Below, piece by piece: positions 1 through 8,683 of a stretch of DNA of 64,000 bases. The position numbers and the translations under genes were made by a program. Source of the stretch: a virus; the IMG/VR virus record IMGVR_UViG_3300035034_003571, positions 1-64,000 of that record, one strand, 5' to 3'. Under the pieces are notes generated by a model that was not told the DNA's origin, ran no database searches, and saw only the letters and a program-made list of their open reading frames with translations. Positions within the stretch are counted from its first letter, which is position 1. Each line of letters starts with the position of its first letter.

Positions 1-92
1 AACAGATTCTGGAGAAACTACAGGAGAGGAAACAGATTCTGGAGAAACTACAGGAGAGGAAACAGATTCTGGAGAAAATACAGGAGAGGAAA
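1..92 (+). repeat. 30-bp tandem repeat, about 3 copies (AACAGATTCTGGAGAAACTACAGGAGAGGA), coding
   Basis: Units at 1-30, 31-60 and 61-90 (third has one mismatch). No spacers; length is a multiple of 3. Confidence 0.95.
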
Positions 93-202
93 CTGAAGAA
101 ATCTATAACGATGGATCTGAAGAAGGAAGCACTACTGCTCCAGAAAGACCCGGAAGAGTGGTTTCATTTGATGATTTTGTATCCAACCAAGAGGAACAAT
201 AG
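1..202 (+). CDS. 3' end of an acidic low-complexity protein (truncated by the window edge), ending ...RPGRVVSFDDFVSNQEEQ*
   Basis: Frame from base 2 is open to TAG at 200-202. It encodes TDSGETTGEE repeats and a C-terminal VSFDDFV motif. Not in the ORF track because it has no start in the window. Confidence 0.75.
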   Translation, partial: TDSGETTGEETDSGETTGEETDSGENTGEETEEIYNDGSEEGSTTAPERPGRVVSFDDFVSNQEEQ

Positions 203-221
203 AATAACCAGGTCTTAAACC

Positions 222-260
222 AAAAAAAATCCCAATATTTTAAAATATTGGGATTTTTTA
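222..260. terminator. Bidirectional rho-independent terminator between convergent genes
   Basis: Palindrome AAAAAATCCCAATATTTT/AAAATATTGGGATTTTTT flanked by A and T tracts. Confidence 0.85.
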
Positions 261-270
261 TTGAGATTTT

Positions 271-498
271 TTATTCTCCAGAAGATCTTCCAAGATCTTT
301 CCTTATTAACCTTCTAACATAATCAGAAACTGATGCGGGTTTTTCCCCTTTGGATAAAGAATCTTTAGAAATTTTCTTAGCCAAATCAACAAGGTCTTCG
401 TTACTTAATAAAACTTGTATTTTTTCGGTTTTTTCTTCTTGTTTACTACTAGCTTTCTTTTCTAGAAGTTCTCCTATTGTTAATATATTATTTTTCAT
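271..498 (-). CDS. Small ribbon-helix-helix-like DNA-binding protein
   Basis: KIQVLLSNED strand plus SVSDYVRRLIRKDL helix typical of RHH/CopG; GATATATA motif at 516-523 upstream. Confidence 0.6.
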   Translation of the reverse strand: MKNNILTIGELLEKKASSKQEEKTEKIQVLLSNEDLVDLAKKISKDSLSKGEKPASVSDYVRRLIRKDLGRSSGE

Positions 499-514
499 TA
501 GATCTTAAATTTTT

Positions 515-2023
515 TTATATATCTGATTTTTCTTCAGAATCTTTACTGAATTCTATCCCAGCTTTTCTATCTCCTCTAGAATGTTTTGGAGAAAATCCAG
601 ATTTTGGCTTATCACTTATTATAAAAGCTTTATGAGGATTCACTGTTAGTCCTAAATCTCTCATTAATTTTCTATTAACCAAAAATGGGGTACTTTTTTC
701 GGTTCGGTCCACGGGAGAAACTTTTACCTTATCCATATGGGCATCTCCTATATTAAAAGAAACTTCTACTATAGGTCTTTCGCTTCTATCTCTTCCAACT
801 TCTGCTGTTGAATATCCTACTATTGGGCTTTCCATTTTCACTTCACCTACAGTCCAATGTAAAATTTCGTCCTTTACCTCTATTTCGTCAGCGTGTATAG
901 TACAAGAGGTAGACCCGTTACCAGTATCAAATTTAGCAACCAAGTTACCAATACCGGAAATGGCTACGGTCTCTAAATAGCCGACCTCCATCTCTGTATA
1001 TGTCCAGTTACCTTTATCACTTACGTAATCTATAATAGTATTGACAACGGGTTCATCCATAACTTTAGAAATCCCCTCAGTACCTGGTGAAGAATTAACT
1101 TCTAATATGTAAGGATTTTCGCTTTTTTTATCAATCATTATATCAACTCCACACCAGTGACATCCCATCACATTCGCCGCCTTACAAGCTATTTTTTTTA
1201 TCTCGTCAGTAAGCTCGAATCCTTTAACTTCACCTCCTAAAGAATAATTAGTTCTAAAATCCTTATCTACCGCTTCTCTTTTCATAACGCCAACAACTTC
1301 ACAATTATCTGCACTGTTTAAAGAAAGAGGGTTAAACTTTTTAACTATTATTTGAACTCTAATATCATAATTAGAATCTATTTTTTCCTGAAGTAATATT
1401 TCACTTTCTGGACTTAATTTAGTTATAGTTTGATATACTGATTTTAAAGATGCATAAGAATCTACAATAGATACCCCTATTCCTTGGGATCCTGAAAGTA
1501 GCTTCATTATCACTGGAAATTCCCCGCCTATTTTTTTTAGTCCATCGTCAAGATTTGAAACATCACTAACGATTGCATATCTAGGTATAGGTAATTTTTC
1601 GTTCTCTAAAATAACCGAGGTTAAATATTTATTTTCACAAGCTTCTATTGAGGATAAAGAATTCACACAGAAATATCTGCCCTTTTCTAATTCCCTCATA
1701 ATTTGCTTAGTTTTAGAGTTTTTAACTACCCCTCTTCTAGGAACTATAACAGTATTTTTTGGGTTTATTATTATTTCTGGACTACCCTCATCGGAATCCA
1801 AAATCAGATGTCCGTTATAGAGTTTGTCCATAGTTATGTTATCTACATTAACTACATTACACTCTATAGATCTTTTTTTGCACTCCTCCAAAAAAGATTC
1901 AGAGGTTTTACTTACTCCTTCGGTACCGGAAAGTATTAATAGATTTATTTCGGAGTTTTCTTCAGCTTCATTGAGAAATTGAGAAAAATCCAAAAGTTTA
2001 TTAACATTAAGATTTTTTTGCAT
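515..2023 (-). CDS. rimK: RimK-family ATP-grasp ligase fused to a C-terminal retropepsin-like (RimB/'ATP-dependent Zn protease'-family) aspartyl protease
   Basis: RimK motifs NKYLT, FPVIMKLLSGSQGIGV, LLQEKI, DFRTNYSLGG, GVDIM, LEVNSSPG; C-terminal AKFDTGNGS...IHA...RPIV...DRT...FLVNR. Confidence 0.85.
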   Translation of the reverse strand: MQKNLNVNKLLDFSQFLNEAEENSEINLLILSGTEGVSKTSESFLEECKKRSIECNVVNVDNITMDKLYNGHLILDSDEGSPEIIINPKNTVIVPRRGVVKNSKTKQIMRELEKGRYFCVNSLSSIEACENKYLTSVILENEKLPIPRYAIVSDVSNLDDGLKKIGGEFPVIMKLLSGSQGIGVSIVDSYASLKSVYQTITKLSPESEILLQEKIDSNYDIRVQIIVKKFNPLSLNSADNCEVVGVMKREAVDKDFRTNYSLGGEVKGFELTDEIKKIACKAANVMGCHWCGVDIMIDKKSENPYILEVNSSPGTEGISKVMDEPVVNTIIDYVSDKGNWTYTEMEVGYLETVAISGIGNLVAKFDTGNGSTSCTIHADEIEVKDEILHWTVGEVKMESPIVGYSTAEVGRDRSERPIVEVSFNIGDAHMDKVKVSPVDRTEKSTPFLVNRKLMRDLGLTVNPHKAFIISDKPKSGFSPKHSRGDRKAGIEFSKDSEEKSDI

Positions 2024-2052
2024 ATATCCAAAGGATTCTTTATCCTATATAT

Positions 2053-2241
2053 CTAAGTATTCTTTCTTTCCTTTTCTACTTTATCCCTGATTTTTTCTAA
2101 AAATTTAAAAGATTCGCTAGATCCAATTATAGCATCAGATTTCCCTATAAGGGTATTTAGAAACTCTACGTCAGATACACTCTCTGAATGTATTTTTTCT
2201 AGATCTCCAACTTCAGGGAGCATTCTTTTATTGAATCCCAT
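2053..2241 (-). CDS. Hypothetical protein (62 aa)
   Basis: ORF abuts the PolB C-terminal gene on the same strand. Confidence 0.6.
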   Translation of the reverse strand: MGFNKRMLPEVGDLEKIHSESVSDVEFLNTLIGKSDAIIGSSESFKFLEKIRDKVEKERKNT

Positions 2242-3390
2242 TTACCAAAGAGTGTTAATCATAAATAGATTAGGACTTATTTTATTATAATTCATAACTT
2301 CTATAAACCTGTTTATTGGATCCAAGATAGTTTTAGTAAACTGGTGATCGTAATCGATTGGAGGAGCATATTCATAAGGAAAGGTTCCTTGAGCATATGA
2401 AAATACATTATTTTCCATAGGGCTGTTAGTTTTTACAAAATACATTCTAACTTTTTCTCCGCTACCTAAAAGGGGATATTTATCCTTATATTTAGATTTA
2501 TTCAAAATATAATTATGATATGCACTAGCTCTAACGTGGATCGGACATCCCTTACCAACCTCTAGTGCCGTTGTATCATTAAGCACAAATTTCTCATATC
2601 CTTTCATATTTACAGAATTCGAAATGTTCTCCGGTTCCTGTACCTTAAACTCTTTCTTGATGGCCTTAAGTTCCTGAACGAATTCTCTAAGTTGGAATTT
2701 GCTACCTGCAGCAAATATGAATTTAGTTAGATATCCAAGTTTTTCTCTAACAAATACTGGTGTTCCTCCCTTAACCATTTCTACCCCGGTATACTTAAGG
2801 GTTGATCCTTTTTCAAAATGTTGGCCAGAATCATATACTAGATTCAGTACATATTTTTTCTTACCTAAGAATATCCCATTAGCTGAAAGTGTTTCCAACT
2901 CAAAATCTTGGTAATTGTCAGTTTTACATTTTTCAGCATAAATATCGAAGCATTTTTGTAAATACCCAACTATTCTTTTCTCGTTTAAAGCGAGTATGAA
3001 ATCTTTGGGACTTCCCTCCCATCCTTCGAATGAAGAAACTACTTCCTCAAAAGAAACATAATTGGAATCAGTATCACCATAAACAACCATTGGTTTCTTA
3101 ATTGGCTTTACATTATAGATTCCCAGCTCTTTATGTAAGGCTTCATCTTTATGCCAAAATTCATGGAAATATTTATCTAAGATTTTTTCAGAGTGCTTAA
3201 TTAAATCTTGTCCTTGTAAAGTTACTGCTTCTGCAACATCTGGATTGAAACAAACGAACCAGTTATTACCTATGGCACCATAAATGGAGTTCATAGTTAG
3301 CTTTATTGCCTGTTCTTCATTTTTAAGTTCGTCCCTTCTGGATATTGCTTCATTAATTTTTATTTTAAGCTTTTCTATCTTACTTTCCAT
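2242..3390 (-). CDS. Family B DNA polymerase, C-terminal subunit (gp43B-like: second finger helix, palm, thumb)
   Basis: Motif B QAIKLTMNSIYG, motif C YGDTDS, KKKY and KYTGVE; lacks the exonuclease and motif A. Confidence 0.92.
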   Translation of the reverse strand: MESKIEKLKIKINEAISRRDELKNEEQAIKLTMNSIYGAIGNNWFVCFNPDVAEAVTLQGQDLIKHSEKILDKYFHEFWHKDEALHKELGIYNVKPIKKPMVVYGDTDSNYVSFEEVVSSFEGWEGSPKDFILALNEKRIVGYLQKCFDIYAEKCKTDNYQDFELETLSANGIFLGKKKYVLNLVYDSGQHFEKGSTLKYTGVEMVKGGTPVFVREKLGYLTKFIFAAGSKFQLREFVQELKAIKKEFKVQEPENISNSVNMKGYEKFVLNDTTALEVGKGCPIHVRASAYHNYILNKSKYKDKYPLLGSGEKVRMYFVKTNSPMENNVFSYAQGTFPYEYAPPIDYDHQFTKTILDPINRFIEVMNYNKISPNLFMINTLW

Positions 3391-3462
3391 TCAATACATA
3401 AATTAAAATTATATACTTTTATAGATAATTAAGTAATATTGTTTCTATAAAAGCGAAAATTA

Positions 3463-5073
3463 ATGCTACTTGAACGATATATAAGGGGCAATAAAAAAGA
3501 TAGAATGATAATATCAGATTTCCTAAATGATAAGGGTCGAGTTTCATCGACCAGGACCACAAAAAGTTATGTTAAGAAACATTTCTATAAAGAATATTCA
3601 AAAGTGATAAAGCATAGTGAAATGATTGGATTGGAACCGGAAAGATTTTCGGAAGAATTATATCACTATTTAAATAATATACTAGAACCCGTTAAATGTA
3701 AAAAATGTACCGAAAAAATACCGAAATTCACCGGGCTTTTGACGGGGTATTTAGATTATTGTAGTTCTAAATGTTCTAATAGTTCTTTGGTTGTTATGGA
3801 AAAAAAGGAGAGAACCTATATTAAAAAATATGGGGTAGATAATCCTTCTAAATCTAATATAATAAAGAAAAAAATAGAAAATAAATTCATAGAAAATTAC
3901 GGGGGGAATCCATTTACCGTTAAAAAAATTAAAGATCAGATAAAAAAAACCAATCTAATTAAATATGGGAATAAGCATCCAATGGGTAAAGGAAGTAACC
4001 TATATGAAAAATTAGACAATGAAAAATTAGATACATTTCTAAATAAATATAGGCATTTAGAGGTAATTAAAAGAGAATCAAAAAAATGGGGAGAAGTAAC
4101 AATCAAATGTAATGAATGTAATAATAATTTTACTATATCCAAGTGGAATTTACACCAAAGGACAAAATTATTAATAGAAACAAATCCATGTACAATTTGC
4201 AATCCTATCGGATGTATTAAATCTTCAGGAATCGAAGATTTCGTTAGGGCTATATTAGAAAAGAATAAAATTAGATATACTGAAAATGATAGAACTATAT
4301 TGGAAGGTAAGGAGATCGATTTTCTTTTACCTGATCATAATATTGGGATAGAAACAAACGGTTTGTATTGGCATTCAGAAAGATTCAAACATCCGCTATA
4401 TCATCAAGAAAAAACAAATTTAGCTAAAAATAAAGGCTATCTATTGATTCATATATTTGAGGACGAGATTACAAAAAATAAAGAATTAGTAAAAAGTAGA
4501 ATCCTATCTATATTGAACCAAAACAAAAGAATTATTTACGCTAGAAAATGCAGCATAAAAGAAATAGATTCGAAAAAATGTAATGCTTTTTTAATAGAGA
4601 ATCACTTGCAGGGAGCAGCAGGGGCAAAAAAAAGATATGGAATGTTTTATGGTGGTGAATTAGTATCTGTAATGACTTTTGGTTCTCTAAGAAAAAACAT
4701 GGGGAACATAAAAAAAGAAGGGCATTGGGAACTAATAAGGTTTTGTAACCTAAGGGGAATTAGTGTTATTGGAGGGGCTTCCAAATTACTTAGTAAATTC
4801 AAAAAGAATAATACACCCAAGAAATTAGTTACATATTGTGATGCTAGATGGTCCGATGGAGAATTTTATAGAAAATTAGGATTCATATTAGAACATCAAA
4901 GTAAACCTAATTACTGGTACTTTAAAAATGGCATCAGAGAAAATAGATTTAAATATCGAAAGGATCAATTAATAAAAGAAGGATACGATCCTAAAAAATC
5001 CGAAGCTCGGATTATGAACGAGCTCGGATTTTTAAAAATATATGATTCAGGCTCTTATAAATTTTCTATGTAA
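3463..5073 (+). CDS. Free-standing endonuclease-like protein (Zn-ribbon/YGxxNP repeats, Vsr-like nuclease, C-terminal GNAT/Mom-like domain); true start probably ATG 3505
   Basis: CxxC motifs, YGVDNPSK repeats, EIDFLLP..IGIETNGLYWHSE nuclease motif, NHLQG/ELIRFC/GGASKLL/TYCDARW C-terminal domain; GATATATA at 3476-3483 lies upstream of ATG 3505. Confidence 0.7.
   Translation: MLLERYIRGNKKDRMIISDFLNDKGRVSSTRTTKSYVKKHFYKEYSKVIKHSEMIGLEPERFSEELYHYLNNILEPVKCKKCTEKIPKFTGLLTGYLDYCSSKCSNSSLVVMEKKERTYIKKYGVDNPSKSNIIKKKIENKFIENYGGNPFTVKKIKDQIKKTNLIKYGNKHPMGKGSNLYEKLDNEKLDTFLNKYRHLEVIKRESKKWGEVTIKCNECNNNFTISKWNLHQRTKLLIETNPCTICNPIGCIKSSGIEDFVRAILEKNKIRYTENDRTILEGKEIDFLLPDHNIGIETNGLYWHSERFKHPLYHQEKTNLAKNKGYLLIHIFEDEITKNKELVKSRILSILNQNKRIIYARKCSIKEIDSKKCNAFLIENHLQGAAGAKKRYGMFYGGELVSVMTFGSLRKNMGNIKKEGHWELIRFCNLRGISVIGGASKLLSKFKKNNTPKKLVTYCDARWSDGEFYRKLGFILEHQSKPNYWYFKNGIRENRFKYRKDQLIKEGYDPKKSEARIMNELGFLKIYDSGSYKFSM
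4994..5033 (-). terminator. Probable terminator of the sliding-clamp transcript, embedded in the 3' end of the opposite-strand endonuclease gene
   Basis: AAAAATCCGAAGCTCG...CGAGCTCGGATTTTT inverted repeat with A/T tails about 50 nt past the gp45-like stop. Confidence 0.55.
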
Positions 5074-5079
5074 TTATTT

Positions 5080-5847
5080 TTACTTAGTTACTAACCCAAC
5101 CGCACAAGAGGTAGTGGTATCGCTAGAAAAAAAGACCATTCTATTTTCATGAACATAACACTCTCCCGTTTCTACGTCAACATATCCTAATTGACTTTTA
5201 TAAATAGAAATCTCTCTAGTCTCACTATTAATATCTATTTCATCCTCCTTTATATTTAACTTAAAATCGAAAGAGTTTCCCTTTACTACTATTTTATCTT
5301 TAAAAACGTCCCATTCCAAAAGTTCGTCCGAATCAGTTTCAAGGTTACATAAAGCTGCAATAGAAGTAAAGTCAGAATTATATAGTTTAAATTTATGGAT
5401 ATAATCCTCCTTAGAATGAACCATTTCTAATACATTATCTTCAACATAAGCTAATAGGCTTAAGTCTGCACAACGTATTTTTATAGTTAGTGTTGGAGAA
5501 ACTAGATTTAATTCAGTTGCTACACAATCACCATCATTTAGGTGGGATAAATTAAGTTCCAAATAGATATCTTCTTCTGTTCTAAAATGCTTAAAAGCAT
5601 CCATTAACTTAGTAACATCCATTATACCTATCTTAACCCTATCAGTTTTTATAAATTCCCAGTCGATCTCTCCGTCGAAAATTTCTGTGTTCTCAACAGC
5701 TGAATACTTCATAACCGCTTTATCCGGGGTATGTACTTTAGAAAAGGTAGTTTCCTCATTAATTTCTAATAAAACACTTTTCTCTATTACTTTTAACTTT
5801 TTAAGGAAAGTAATAAAATTTTGGGGGCTAGTGACTCTTAATTTCAT
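5080..5847 (-). CDS. DNA polymerase sliding clamp (T4 gp45-like)
   Basis: 255 aa; N-terminal FLKKLKVIEKSVLL and KIGIMDVTKLMDAF resemble the gp45 'LKNF..IN.SI' and 'F.IYDL..FL' elements; replication context. Confidence 0.65.
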   Translation of the reverse strand: MKLRVTSPQNFITFLKKLKVIEKSVLLEINEETTFSKVHTPDKAVMKYSAVENTEIFDGEIDWEFIKTDRVKIGIMDVTKLMDAFKHFRTEEDIYLELNLSHLNDGDCVATELNLVSPTLTIKIRCADLSLLAYVEDNVLEMVHSKEDYIHKFKLYNSDFTSIAALCNLETDSDELLEWDVFKDKIVVKGNSFDFKLNIKEDEIDINSETREISIYKSQLGYVDVETGECYVHENRMVFFSSDTTTSCAVGLVTK

Positions 5848-5907
5848 TTTTATTTTTTGTATTTATTCTACTGTATTATTTATGGTTTGTTTCTGGAATT
5901 TCTTTAA

Positions 5908-7212
5908 TTATATTTCATCCTCCTCATCCTGATCTATAACTTCAGTCTCTTCAATCTCTTCCTGGAATATCTCTATCCCGTCTATCTCAGTTTTTTGATC
6001 GTCGTATGATTTTGGGATTAATGAAATAGATTTAGCTCCCTTAGATTTTTTTCTTGTTGAATTTAGTATTTTTTCCTGGGCTTTTATTTTTCTTTTACCA
6101 ATTATTATTAGTTTTTTGGTTTCTATTATCAGGTCTTTTGTTTCTTTTATTACATCATCAGATAATTTAACTATTTGAATCTTAGATAATCTAGCCGATA
6201 TCCATCCCTTAAATCCTTTCAAGAAAGCCAAAATCTCTACATTTTTCCTTTTCTTAGAGCTCATAAAAATTAGAAATTTAAGCTTCGCTTCCAAATATTC
6301 TAACTCATTATCAAAATTAACTAAATCCCTTTCCAGTCTTTTAAGTCTTACAAATTCCAGATGAACTTTAAAAGAATCTAAATAATCCTTCACTGAATCG
6401 AATTCCATAACAGATCCATCCCTAACGAAAACCACATTTTCTCTAACTATAACCCTTCCCATATTTTGAATCCACACACTAGCAGAGTCAAATTCTTGAG
6501 GGCTTATACCTCTTAAGGTAACCTGGATATCACATTTCTTTTTAGATGAATTTTCTATTTTATATGCTATTTCACTTTGGTCTAACTTATTTGTTAACCT
6601 ATTCATAAAACTTTCATATTTAATAAGAGGGGAAAGATCAAAAATTCTAATAGATTTCCTTTTCTTGTTAATCTCTATTCCACTTTCTACTAACCAAGAT
6701 CCTTCTTCATTATTAAATCTAGTAACTTTACCAGAGAAGTCTTTAAAATGAGGCTTTAGTATTTTATTTTTACCCTCTAAATATTCTATTACGTCCTCTC
6801 TTTTTCTGGGAAGTATATTACTCCTGTAGCCAACCGCTATACCAACAACATGTGTAGATATACCAATAGGATATTCTACGTGAAGCCAGTCGTGCCCTCC
6901 TTCTTGATTTTTGATGTTTAGGTCTTGGTGTTCGGATATAGTTTCTTTAGCCCATTTACTTATCCTAACGGAGGTGTATCTAGGAGCAGAAGGAGAAGGG
7001 TTTACTGGGGATCCGAAAAATCCGTCACCTTCTAATACTTGCATATCACAACCAAAGGGTCTAGCTAATTTAGCAATAGCTTTAGCCAATGATGAATTAT
7101 GACTTATTATGTTTGATTTACCTATTGAAAAATTAGAATATTTTTCTACCGTTATATCATAAAATGGTTTTGGCTTAACCAATTTAATTTTCTTTATTGA
7201 TTTAATTTTCAT
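5908..7212 (-). CDS. Topoisomerase II GyrA/gp52-like subunit, C-terminal part, preceded by a 39-aa C-intein
   Basis: IntC MKIKSIKKI...FYDITV..YSNF...IISHN followed by S+1; then GDGFFGS, SAPRYT (catalytic Tyr) and GIAVGYRSNILP. Confidence 0.9.
   Translation of the reverse strand: MKIKSIKKIKLVKPKPFYDITVEKYSNFSIGKSNIISHNSSLAKAIAKLARPFGCDMQVLEGDGFFGSPVNPSPSAPRYTSVRISKWAKETISEHQDLNIKNQEGGHDWLHVEYPIGISTHVVGIAVGYRSNILPRKREDVIEYLEGKNKILKPHFKDFSGKVTRFNNEEGSWLVESGIEINKKRKSIRIFDLSPLIKYESFMNRLTNKLDQSEIAYKIENSSKKKCDIQVTLRGISPQEFDSASVWIQNMGRVIVRENVVFVRDGSVMEFDSVKDYLDSFKVHLEFVRLKRLERDLVNFDNELEYLEAKLKFLIFMSSKKRKNVEILAFLKGFKGWISARLSKIQIVKLSDDVIKETKDLIIETKKLIIIGKRKIKAQEKILNSTRKKSKGAKSISLIPKSYDDQKTEIDGIEIFQEEIEETEVIDQDEEDEI
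7096..7212 (-). mobile_element. Split intein C-fragment (topoisomerase)
   Basis: Block F (FYDITV) and block G (SHN/S). Confidence 0.88.
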
Positions 7213-8080
7213 TTCTTATGGATTCGTCAAAAAATTTAATTTCTTCTTTAAGTTCTTCTAGTGTTATACTACACGAAGCCCACTTGTTTCTATTTTCACT
7301 AAAAGTTAAAATATCAAGATTGGAAATATGTCCTATTATATCAGGGTTTATATTATTTAAAAATCCTTCGTTTCTAGAAAATTTGTGATCTACCGTTAGC
7401 CAATCATTTTTTTCTAATTTTCTTGATTCCTTTATATTGTCCCAAATTTCTGCCCCAAATTTAAGTTTTGCGAATAATCTCATTTGCGACCATGTAATTT
7501 CATAGACGTTGGCTTCGTATATTTTTCTAAGTGGCCACTTATCCCTAGGTGTCCAAAATCCATTATTCTCTGCACTCTTTCTTTTCTTATCTTTTATCTT
7601 TTTGGATTTGGATGGATTGTCATATCCATATTTTAAAATCCAAGTATCTTTCAATTTATTCTTTACGTCTTCTCTTTGGTATACATTACTAACCCCGTAT
7701 AATTTAACAAGATTTTCTTCCATATTTAACCTAGCAGCGGAATCTTTAGATAAATTATGCTCCGCTCCTGTAGTAGATAATGTAGTTTGTTTTTTCATAT
7801 CAAGAGAGCATTTTTTAGAGCAACACATTCTAAATGCTTTATATTCGAATCCACAAACAAAGCATTTATTATTTAGTTTATTTTTTTTATTTAACTTTGA
7901 ATAAAATTCAGGATACTTATTAAAATTAGCTTTCCATAATTTAAATGAGGATTCGCCGATACCTTCTATTATTATAAATTTATCTCTAGATTTACAAAGG
8001 TTACTACAATACATATAAAAGTTTTTCTTATCTGTATTATATTTTTTACCGCATCCTTTACATATTTTCTTTATCATCAT
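7202..8080 (-). CDS. Free-standing putative homing endonuclease (HNH-like C-terminus) inside the fractured topoisomerase gene
   Basis: CxxC..YCS..C Zn motifs, YGVSNVYQ/YGYDNPSK repeats, LTVDHKFS...NL..LT..ENRNK. Confidence 0.7.
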   Translation of the reverse strand: MMIKKICKGCGKKYNTDKKNFYMYCSNLCKSRDKFIIIEGIGESSFKLWKANFNKYPEFYSKLNKKNKLNNKCFVCGFEYKAFRMCCSKKCSLDMKKQTTLSTTGAEHNLSKDSAARLNMEENLVKLYGVSNVYQREDVKNKLKDTWILKYGYDNPSKSKKIKDKKRKSAENNGFWTPRDKWPLRKIYEANVYEITWSQMRLFAKLKFGAEIWDNIKESRKLEKNDWLTVDHKFSRNEGFLNNINPDIIGHISNLDILTFSENRNKWASCSITLEELKEEIKFFDESIRNEN

Positions 8081-8115
8081 GGATTTTTATTTTATTATAT
8101 ATCCGTGATGATAAA
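8070..8115 (-). promoter_or_regulatory. Start-codon-sequestering hairpin containing the GATATATA motif (8096-8103)
   Basis: Arms 8101-8115 and 8070-8084 pair 14 of 15 and cover AUG AUG. Confidence 0.8.
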
Positions 8116-8118
8116 AAA

Positions 8119-8631
8119 TTAATCTATTTCTTGTATATCTTGTCCACTAATTAAATCTTTAGCTTTTATCCATTCTCCATTCACTAAAAATGGATGATCT
8201 TCGGTACATTTTATAATTTCTCCTGATTCTAATTCTATTTCGAAATATTCAGTATTGAGCTGACCTATTCTCGGACTGTGGCCATAACCGATTACCTCCT
8301 TCCCTGTCTCAACATCCATCGATTTTACTAAAAGGTCTGCATCTGGATTTTTTTCATACCAATCCTTAATTTTTATATATGTTCCGTCTGCTAAATTTAT
8401 TTGCGTTTCCCCGTCTAGGCAGTCCCCGTGATGGTAGAGGCCAGATTTTATAACATTACCTACAAGAGATAATGTTTTGTCGTATTTGATTGGAGAGTTT
8501 TGAAGTACTATTCTTTGTACTGGGGTTAGACCATCATAAAAATTAGGTATTCCTCTGCTTTGTAAAACATAAAGAGCATATCCTCGATATTGGTTATTTA
8601 TTTGGTCACTTATAGATACTGATAATCCCAT
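8119..8631 (-). CDS. Topoisomerase II gp52-like N-terminal part (70 aa) plus 100-aa N-intein
   Basis: YALYVLQSRGIPNFYDGLTPVQR...YHHGD, then CLDGETQI (block A) and KCTEDHPF (block B), WIKAKDL. Confidence 0.9.
   Translation of the reverse strand: MGLSVSISDQINNQYRGYALYVLQSRGIPNFYDGLTPVQRIVLQNSPIKYDKTLSLVGNVIKSGLYHHGDCLDGETQINLADGTYIKIKDWYEKNPDADLLVKSMDVETGKEVIGYGHSPRIGQLNTEYFEIELESGEIIKCTEDHPFLVNGEWIKAKDLISGQDIQEID
8122..8421 (-). mobile_element. Split intein N-fragment (topoisomerase)
   Basis: Cys1 codon at 8421-8419; TxxH motif; ORF stops without blocks F/G. Confidence 0.88.
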
Positions 8632-8683
8632 AAAAGGTTTTTAATTTAAACTTTTTATGGGATTATTAAAGGTAAGTTTCAAA

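Noticed and set aside
1-92. 30-bp direct repeats as a CRISPR array
   Set aside because: Units are contiguous with no spacers and translate in frame as TDSGETTGEE; this is a coding repeat.
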